Notes under the pieces: model-generated | What the model saw: only the letters and a program-made list of their open reading frames with translations | Databases searched by the model: none | What the model was told of the DNA's origin: nothing | IMG/VR virus record: IMGVR_UViG_3300021962_000304 | Span: 1-36,001 of that record | Length of the DNA: 36,001 nucleotides | Origin: a virus | Taxonomy: Duplodnaviria; Caudoviricetes | Reading direction: 5' to 3' (one strand) | Program-made: the position numbers and the translations under genes | Part shown: in pieces, positions 32,822 through 36,001 of the stretch | How positions within the stretch are numbered: position 1 is the stretch's first letter | Layout: each line of letters begins with the position of its first letter

Positions 32822-34243
32822 TTACGGTTGGAAACCTTTTCCGCAGCCAAGACATTGTGGTTCATCGTTCGCATCGTCAACCGACTTCTTCGTCTTCTCG
32901 TAACGATCCAGCAACCTCCGCCCCTTGGCGGCCAGCCGTCGAGCATCCTCAGCGTTCTTCGGAACCGGCTCCCCCCACGCGTGGGCGGACAGGGCGAGTC
33001 GTGTTGGCTTGCCCTTTTCATCAACCATCGGACCAGACGGGTTCGTGAAAAACCGGGTTAGGAAGGAACCCTTCCGTCGCATCTTCTCGGGGGTATCTGC
33101 TGGACCTTTGACTCCCGGCTTCAAATTTGCACCCTCGGTCCGCTTGAAGTGCCTCCGCCCAGCCGCAGTAAGACCACCCTTGGGATCGCGGAGCCGTTCC
33201 TTCTTGGTTTCCTCCATACCGCCGGGAGCGTTAGGAGCGGTCGAGGGACCAGCGATAGACCTCAGACCCATATCGGCTGTCCAACTGTTAGCGATTTGCA
33301 AAACTTCCGAAATTGGAGCGTCAATCATCCGGACTTTTACATCCAAATCGCCCAAAGTGCCGTCAGACAGGTCTTTTCCAACCGTGGCGGCCCAACGGTG
33401 GTGTCCGTCAAGGATGTATCCGTCACGAGTAACCCAAATTTCCTCTGCGTCAGGCTTGAACTTTGGGTCGCTCATCATCTGAGCAACCTGCGTACCCTTC
33501 ATATCAGTTTGGGTCGCTTTTAGAGACGAGGCACGAACCTTCTTGCTCTCCACACCGATACCCAATTCCTTCTCAAGGTGGGCTTCAAAAAGATCCGCTC
33601 CCTCGACCTCACCCCATTGGTTGCGAGGGAGAGCGTCAGCCTTGGAGCCAGCCACAGGCTTTGAACGCAATTGGGGCATTTTCGCTCGAGGAACACCCTT
33701 ATTGTCTTTGCAAAACAGGCTTGTGCCGGGAACGGTCACCTTACAGAGGTCATAGTTCGGTGCATCGCGCCCCTTCAACTTTGCGTCATTGGCGATCCGA
33801 GCAAGTTCGTTCAGCAGGGTGTGAACATCACCAATATCCTCCAATTCAACAACCTTGCCCTCATTCATTGCCGCCACAGCCTCATCAAGGGTCTTCACCT
33901 TGATCACTTCTGGACGCTGATAGCCGGCAGATCCCCCCGCGGCCACAGCCCCGGTCGCTGCCGTCGCATTGGTAGGTGCTGCACCGCTGGTCGCCACGGC
34001 GGGTGCTTTCTGCTCCTTGATATGACCCTTCCAGCGAGCCTCGGCCGCAATCCGACCAGCCTCGGAACGGTTGGCCGCCTTCAAAACGCTCTGCTTCCGG
34101 ACACGATCCACAGTCCCTTGCAAGATCAACACGGTTGACTTCGACATTGTGTTGGTTCGCATCTCTCGTTCAACCACATCCATCGTGGCTGGATCAAGGT
34201 TGCCTTGGGCACGAACAAGTTCAATCAGAGCATCAATATTCAT
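32822..34243 (-). CDS. Multidomain protein: leader, shared motif, ParB/Srx-like domain, basic DUF6321-like domain
   Basis: Start MNID at the ATGA overlap. VLKAANRSEAGRIAAEARW; LKATQ...IWVTRDGYILDGHHRWAA; DPKGGLTAAGR...NLKPG...RRKGSFLTRF...TRLALS..AW. Confidence 0.75.
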   Translation of the reverse strand: MNIDALIELVRAQGNLDPATMDVVEREMRTNTMSKSTVLILQGTVDRVRKQSVLKAANRSEAGRIAAEARWKGHIKEQKAPAVATSGAAPTNATAATGAVAAGGSAGYQRPEVIKVKTLDEAVAAMNEGKVVELEDIGDVHTLLNELARIANDAKLKGRDAPNYDLCKVTVPGTSLFCKDNKGVPRAKMPQLRSKPVAGSKADALPRNQWGEVEGADLFEAHLEKELGIGVESKKVRASSLKATQTDMKGTQVAQMMSDPKFKPDAEEIWVTRDGYILDGHHRWAATVGKDLSDGTLGDLDVKVRMIDAPISEVLQIANSWTADMGLRSIAGPSTAPNAPGGMEETKKERLRDPKGGLTAAGRRHFKRTEGANLKPGVKGPADTPEKMRRKGSFLTRFFTNPSGPMVDEKGKPTRLALSAHAWGEPVPKNAEDARRLAAKGRRLLDRYEKTKKSVDDANDEPQCLGCGKGFQP

Positions 34244-34446
34244 CTTTGGCGATTCCGTTTCAGGATCGTTTGGTGAGCCTGCCAAGCGACCTTCGCCAAT
34301 CTGACCTGCTCCCGAGCGGATTTGGACAGGTTGCCGAAACCTTTTTCGGCTGCCTCTGCCTCGACGGCATCCCACGTCGCATCGGAACAGGAACGATGTT
34401 TACGGAGTTCGTTCAAGATGTACACGGTTGCGTTGGGTAAAGCCAC
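34240..34446 (-). CDS. Small hypothetical protein (68 aa)
   Basis: GTG start 6 nt after TAATGT; stop overlaps the ATG of the next gene. Confidence 0.6.
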   Translation of the reverse strand: MALPNATVYILNELRKHRSCSDATWDAVEAEAAEKGFGNLSKSAREQVRLAKVAWQAHQTILKRNRQR

Positions 34447-34486
34447 AACCCGACATTACAGAACCGTCATCAACACCTATTTAGGG

Positions 34487-34729
34487 CTATGGAAGGATGC
34501 AGCATACGGCAACCTCTATGTCGCTTGTGCTGTAGGTGACCGGCATCCAAATATCCATCTGCGCCGGGTCGGTCACCCTCGTTTGGGGTTCCTCGACCTG
34601 CGCGGACAGGGTACAGACCAAATCGTCTAACTCATCTGCCGTGAGTATCCGGTCGCTCTTGAATGTGATCCTCAACGTCGTTACGACGGAATTGTCCTCC
34701 GTACCAATTTCGGTCGTGTTTTTCCCCAT
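34487..34729 (-). CDS. Hypothetical acidic protein (80 aa)
   Basis: GGAGGG RBS; fills the gap between neighbouring minus-strand genes. Confidence 0.55.
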   Translation of the reverse strand: MGKNTTEIGTEDNSVVTTLRITFKSDRILTADELDDLVCTLSAQVEEPQTRVTDPAQMDIWMPVTYSTSDIEVAVCCILP

Positions 34730-34740
34730 TGTTATCCCTC

Positions 34741-35856
34741 CTACTGGATGATTGCTGTGACTTTACGAGATTCCCTGAGTGGCAATTCATCGTTGCCCCG
34801 GATATGTGGATCAATCCAGATCAGCCGGTGGCTGGCAGGGTCCGAAGCCTCGCCTAGCGATCTATACCATTGCCTACGCCAATGGCCGCGGACGACGACA
34901 CGCCAGCGGAGCGGTATCCCCTCGCCGTGTGTCCTCTGGAACTCAATCTCTCGTCGAAGACGAAGCACCGATACACCCTGATCAAGGTCGGGTTGGGTCA
35001 TCTGCCGTTCGGCCGCTCGTCGGCTCTGTCGCACAGCCGTCTCTCGCCGTGGCACAACGATCTGTTGCCACGCAAACCTCATCAAGGCGAGGAAAAACAG
35101 CCGTTGCTGGCAAACCGAGGTGACCAGACCGTCAAAAGTCTGTGCCTCTTCGTTCCAGACAGCGTTTCCGTTGACCCATTCCACCCCGAAAGCCCACGGC
35201 ATAAAGTCGCACGGGATCAGGTGGTCGCCTCGTTCCTTCTGAATGGCAGTCAATTCCTGAACATCTTGCTGGGAGGTCCCCAAAGACTCGTGAATCGTGA
35301 GCGTTCGGAGCCGTCCCTCGAGATCGGTGTAAGGGATCAGCAAAATACCTGTTCCCATTGTGCCGTCACGCTTCTGCATCTCTGTGATCACCCATCCGAT
35401 CGCACGAATGTGCATAATGTAGTTCTCGTCTGGTTGTCCGGTAACCGGGTGCAAATCCACCACTTCCAGAGGACTCTCAAAGACGAGAAGACCGCTTGGG
35501 GCGAGCAAATCTGTCTCAAACAGAGGTTCTGCTTCCATCGTTTGAGAGGCGGCCGACACGACCGCCATAACAGGTTCTGAGACGAACATTGTCGTTCCGT
35601 GCTTCAGGAGGTCGTGTTCCAGATTGACGATTTGTCCGATTGCTCGCGGATCAGACGAAAAACTGTGGGGACCAGACACGGTTTCGCCGTCCACCTTGGT
35701 CGAGGGATTCTTGACAGACCTCAACAGCGTCGCCCACTCCATAAATGCACCATCGCCGGCGATGTTGGATGCGAGCGACTGGTTGGTTGCGACAGAAACA
35801 CGCTCCAGACGCTTTAGATGAGCGTTTAGAGCGTGTGTGCAGTTGTCAATCCTCAT
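34741..35856 (-). CDS. Hypothetical protein with C-terminal VRGHWR motif
   Basis: 371 aa; RWRVVVRGHWRRQWY...HRLIWIDPHIRG. Confidence 0.7.
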   Translation of the reverse strand: MRIDNCTHALNAHLKRLERVSVATNQSLASNIAGDGAFMEWATLLRSVKNPSTKVDGETVSGPHSFSSDPRAIGQIVNLEHDLLKHGTTMFVSEPVMAVVSAASQTMEAEPLFETDLLAPSGLLVFESPLEVVDLHPVTGQPDENYIMHIRAIGWVITEMQKRDGTMGTGILLIPYTDLEGRLRTLTIHESLGTSQQDVQELTAIQKERGDHLIPCDFMPWAFGVEWVNGNAVWNEEAQTFDGLVTSVCQQRLFFLALMRFAWQQIVVPRRETAVRQSRRAAERQMTQPDLDQGVSVLRLRREIEFQRTHGEGIPLRWRVVVRGHWRRQWYRSLGEASDPASHRLIWIDPHIRGNDELPLRESRKVTAIIQ

Positions 35857-36001
35857 TGAATTCCTTTTCCAATTCGCGGAGGATCAGATCCTCATTGGCT
35901 TTTTGCATCATTCGAGAGCGGATGAAATTGAAAGCATCATTGGCCGCCTCTCTCATCGCCTCTCTGTCCATCGCACCGTCATCTTCACCACGAAGTTCAC
36001 G
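35846..36001 (-). CDS. 3' end of a hypothetical protein (start outside window)
   Basis: Open frame ...RELRGEDDGAMDREAMREAANDAFNFIRSRMMQKANEDLILRELEKEFNED* overlapping the next start. Confidence 0.5.
   Translation of the reverse strand, partial: RELRGEDDGAMDREAMREAANDAFNFIRSRMMQKANEDLILRELEKEFNED

Larger units (their letters stand above)
20845..34081 (-). repeat. Dispersed coding repeat (about 51-60 bp) encoding K[AGS]xxxxRSEAGR[YI]AAxxRW, 8 copies
   Basis: Copies at 20845-20901, 22584-22640, 23420-23479, 24165-24221, 25964-26020, 27098-27154, 27871-27927 and 34031-34081. Confidence 0.95.

Noticed and set aside
21214-34375. Longest-ORF starts given in the track for the effector, MuF, portal and ParB-like genes
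   Set aside because: They extend into upstream genes or the terminator. Downstream starts at stop/start overlaps, an RBS or leaderless -10 sites are more plausible and were used instead.
293-35821. The many plus-strand ORFs in the track (e.g. 12404-13294, 32347-33048, 34870-35580)
   Set aside because: They lie antisense to a densely packed, coupled minus-strand gene set and show no recognisable motifs; treated as shadow ORFs.
1-36001. tRNA or other structured RNA genes, introns/inteins, stop-codon recoding
   Set aside because: Intergenic gaps are short and none shows a cloverleaf; no intein or intron signatures were seen; core genes are full-length under the standard code. A covariance-model scan was not run.

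Overview
The window is about 36 kb of a tailed dsDNA phage with siphovirus-type morphogenesis genes. Every credible gene is on the minus strand. An actinobacterial host, possibly Acidimicrobiia, is a soft inference from leaderless TANNNT promoters and Thr-rich exported proteins. In transcription order (right to left) it holds: small DNA-metabolism and unknown genes (ParB-like, PD-(D/E)XK exonuclease, VRR-NUC, HTH), portal, a short toxin-less MuF/gp7 minor head protein, an approximately 8.6 kb effector array, a HiPIP-like protein, an XkdF-type prohead protease, two inserted genes with their own promoters, scaffold, decoration protein, major capsid, neck genes, a Com-like zinc ribbon, a lipoprotein transglycosylase, two paralogous tail-tube genes, a -1 frameshifted tail chaperone, tape measure, minor tail and fibre proteins, a holin-like gene and an exported Thr-rich protein. 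No terminase, integrase, endolysin, RNA gene or CRISPR array is visible. The main observation is the effector array. Six translationally coupled genes carry seven copies of the motif (h)xK[AGS]KFASRSEAGRYAAxxRW, and an eighth copy lies 6 kb away. Each copy precedes a different enzymatic domain: a Cys-His-Asp transglutaminase/papain-like domain, a DUF3626-like domain, three HExxH zincins, two R-S-E ADP-ribosyltransferases and a ParB-like domain. The leader in front of the motif tracks the effector class of the preceding gene, not of its own gene. I infer a system of capsid-loaded, protease-matured effectors whose cognate inhibitor is fused to the N-terminus of the next effector. All family assignments are from motif recognition by eye, not from searches.
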